This document shows positions 12,801 through 13,367 of a DNA stretch of 13,367 nt, piece by piece. The notes below the pieces were generated by a model. That model was not told where the DNA came from. It saw only the letters and a program-made list of their open reading frames with translations, and ran no database searches. Position 1 is the first letter of the stretch; each line of letters opens with the position of its first letter. Source of the DNA: Candidatus Woesearchaeota archaeon (GTDB taxonomy: Archaea; Nanobdellota; Nanobdellia; Pacearchaeales; GW2011-AR1); assembly GCA_964548105.1 (NCBI GenBank), contig CAZJPU010000025.1, positions 1-13,367 on the forward strand. Direction: 5' to 3'. The position numbers and the translations under genes are program-made.

Positions 12801-13367
12801 AATCAGGAAATAGAAGATAGGATAAAAACAAGTATTGAAAGGGTAGATGGTGAGGAGATCGAAAGGGATAATGAGGAGATAGAAAGGGATAATGAGGAGA
12901 TAGAAGGGAATGAGGTAAATGGTGATGATATAAAAAATAATGATGAAGAGATGGAAATGGATGAAATAAAGAGTGAGGATGAGGGGATGGAAAGGGATGA
13001 AATAAAGAGTGAAAATGAAGAGATAGAAAGGGATATGCAAGGAGATACAGATAATAAAGATCAATCAATAGGAATTGATAATGAAGAAGATAAATTTGAT
13101 GAAGTAAATGCGCAAAAAATTATGGATGAGGTTGATGGGTTAAGTAATTTTAATAATGAAGATGAAAATGATAAAGAGAGAAAAAGGGATAATGAATATG
13201 AAAATAATAATAAAGAGGATAATGATGATGAAGAAAATGATGAAGATAATAAAGGGGATGAAATAAAGAGTGAAAATGATGAAGATGGTAAAGAGGAAGG
13301 ATTAGGAGTTTACAAACCTAAAGAAGAAAAAAAGCAAGAATATAGTTATGGTTTTGACGAGGAATAG
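9834..13367 (+). CDS. ppsA: Phosphoenolpyruvate synthase (pyruvate, water dikinase) with ~57-aa N-terminal extension and ~375-aa acidic low-complexity C-terminal tail
   Basis: The core spans residues ~58-800. It has YVKWFSELSNKDVSIAGGKGASLSEM (PpsA N-terminus, ATP-grasp) and IYIVQSRPIT. The swivel domain is GGMTSHAAIVSREMGIPCVVG, with the phospho-His codon at 11226..11228. The PEP-utilising barrel has FGVMIETPGA, ISFGTNDLTQF and SICGQAG (Cys codon 12117..12119). The frame stays open a further 375 codons to TAG at 13365..13367. Confidence 0.9.
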   Translation: MEEKSESNPVNDIANSIVQNAINSMAEDGQKAVNKVLENGGESISHNSSIKHEVLDEYVKWFSELSNKDVSIAGGKGASLSEMFNAKFPVPPGFVITAQAFDFFIVKNKLKEKIKSIIEDVDMEETSDLQKASKEIRELIEQGKISENLQEEILESYRILSTEKIDEKGVSKDALNILKNSQEPIFVSVRSSATTEDLVEASFAGQQETFLNVKGDSSLITNIKKCFSSLYTPRAIYYRNKKGFKEGEALLSVVVQKMVDSEKSGVVFSKDPVNLDDNVIIEAVYGLGEGIVSGKIKPDHYLVSRDLKIREIKVVSKKVALIRTSSGKNEIVKLSDERSKMQVLTNSQILDVANYAIKLEEHYKKPQDIEFAIEDNKIYIVQSRPITTLHKKTEIGKISGTVILEGSSASPGVGAGTVKILHDMEDLPKIKKGDVLVTEMTNPDMVVAMQRSVAIVTDEGGMTSHAAIVSREMGIPCVVGTDEATKLLKDGMKITVDGSSGKIYEGEVAETKAVEVKPIVETERIKLKVIVDLPDFAERAAASGIRAVGLTRLEGMIAKMGKHPLEHEKEGTLEDYTEKLRDGLERISHYFDSLWVRASDIRTDEYGSLKGAPEREINPMLGFHGVRFSLKHPKILQAELIAIKKIAEKNPNKRFGIMFPQIISIEEVREAKKYFNQIKLPNMEFGVMIETPGAVQIIDDICQEGIDFISFGTNDLTQFTLGVDRNNEDVQYLYDEMHPAIFSQIKRVIGACRRNKVETSICGQAGSKKEMVEFLFKKGINSISVNADAGYEISKLIKQLEEEGTRETEENKEDISVQEDVRPVVQEKAIEPEQSAEVEQSAEVEQSAEVEQPVVQEKEQKIEQVQTKLPQPDLQNQQVSQPQQVSQNQPDSQSPYPILNKKRYIRLKKKLKKMQKSPNNNPEVIERISKELEEYRKNRDSSNAPISENKDYEENIGPIEPFNSLKEIEEKAKEIHEEVKQENLEKAKENQEIEDRIKTSIERVDGEEIERDNEEIERDNEEIEGNEVNGDDIKNNDEEMEMDEIKSEDEGMERDEIKSENEEIERDMQGDTDNKDQSIGIDNEEDKFDEVNAQKIMDEVDGLSNFNNEDENDKERKRDNEYENNNKEDNDDEENDEDNKGDEIKSENDEDGKEEGLGVYKPKEEKKQEYSYGFDEE
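12330..12389 (+). repeat. Perfect 18-nt tandem repeat, 3.3 copies (EQSAEV)n, in the ppsA tail
   Basis: gaacaatcagcagaagta occurs at 12330, 12348 and 12366 with no mismatch, then gaacaa. The array is flanked by the direct repeat cctgttgt[t/g]caagagaa at 12300 and 12390 (PVVQEK). Confidence 0.95.
12462..12497 (+). repeat. 18-nt tandem repeat, 2 copies (QQVSQP/QQVSQN)
   Basis: caacaagtttcacaa occurs at 12462 and 12480, in frame. Confidence 0.9.
12852..12914 (+). repeat. 21-nt tandem repeat, 3 copies (EEIERDN, EEIERDN, EEIEGNE)
   Basis: The copies are gaggagatcgaaagggataat, gaggagatagaaagggataat and gaggagatagaagggaatgag. Copies 1 and 2 differ at one base. Confidence 0.9.
12994..13018 (+). repeat. 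25-nt perfect dispersed repeat, copy 1 (RDEIKSEN)
   Basis: gggatgaaataaagagtgaaaatga is identical at 13255..13279, 261 nt away and in frame. A third, degenerate copy lies at ~12959 (MDEIKSED). Confidence 0.9.
13255..13279 (+). repeat. 25-nt perfect dispersed repeat, copy 2 (GDEIKSEN)
   Basis: Identical to 12994..13018. Confidence 0.9.

Noticed and set aside
12497-13068. Three minus-strand ORFs (61, 93 and 91 aa) opposite the ppsA tail
   Set aside because: The tail is extremely purine-rich on the sense strand, so the complement is pyrimidine-rich and almost free of stop codons in several frames. The products (FYLLIIPFYLLIIPF..., HPFPSPHPHSLFHPFPS...) simply mirror the sense-strand repeats.
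12240-13367. The idea that the N/K/D/E-rich tail means eukaryotic (Plasmodium/Dictyostelium-like) origin, or that the tail is a separate gene
   Set aside because: The rest of the window has overlapping start/stop codons, operon structure and no introns, and it carries TrmB and Liv genes, so it is prokaryotic and probably archaeal. No stop codon or alternative start with promoter context is visible at the core/tail boundary. A fusion artefact cannot be excluded without reads, so it is kept as a caveat in the finding.
1-13367. Search for CRISPR arrays, tRNA/rRNA genes, transposases, integrases and terminal inverted repeats
   Set aside because: Intergenic DNA totals only ~450 nt, in pieces of 193 nt or less. 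None contains spaced direct repeats or a cloverleaf-capable sequence, and no ORF has recombinase or transposase motifs. The only sizeable repeats are the SBP 5' cassette and the in-frame ppsA tail repeats.

Overview
This is an AT-rich window (about 30% G+C by eye, not computed) with very dense gene packing, and it looks archaeal. The evidence is two TrmB-family regulators, TATA-like octamers 21-27 nt upstream of start codons with little or no leader, and solute-binding proteins anchored by an N-terminal TM helix rather than a lipobox. A small-genome, DPANN-like archaeon is a plausible source, but that is inference. Left to right, the window contains: (i) the first 36 codons of a membrane-anchored protein on the minus strand; (ii) two convergent TrmB-like regulator paralogs whose stop codons overlap; (iii) a Liv/PBP1-type solute-binding protein (SBP) on the plus strand, convergent with (iv). 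(iv) is a tightly coupled minus-strand operon, 9640 down to 2796, in the order livH - SBP - SBP - livM - [wHTH-nucleotidyltransferase (MNT) - HEPN] - livG - SBP. It has four SBP paralogs at the locus, only one ATPase and no livF. (v) is a divergently transcribed PEP synthase (ppsA) whose intact ~745-aa catalytic core carries a ~57-aa N-terminal extension and a ~375-aa acidic, repeat-rich C-terminal tail. The most unusual items are these: the MNT-HEPN (type VII TA-like) pair sits inside the transporter operon with livG translationally chained to it; its HEPN lacks the catalytic His; a 40-nt duplication of the MNT 5' end appears to have created a promoter; the two tandem SBP genes share a near-identical 5' cassette; and ppsA has a giant tail. 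No tRNA, rRNA, CRISPR array, transposase or integrase was seen. All family assignments come from motifs read by eye, because no searches could be run.
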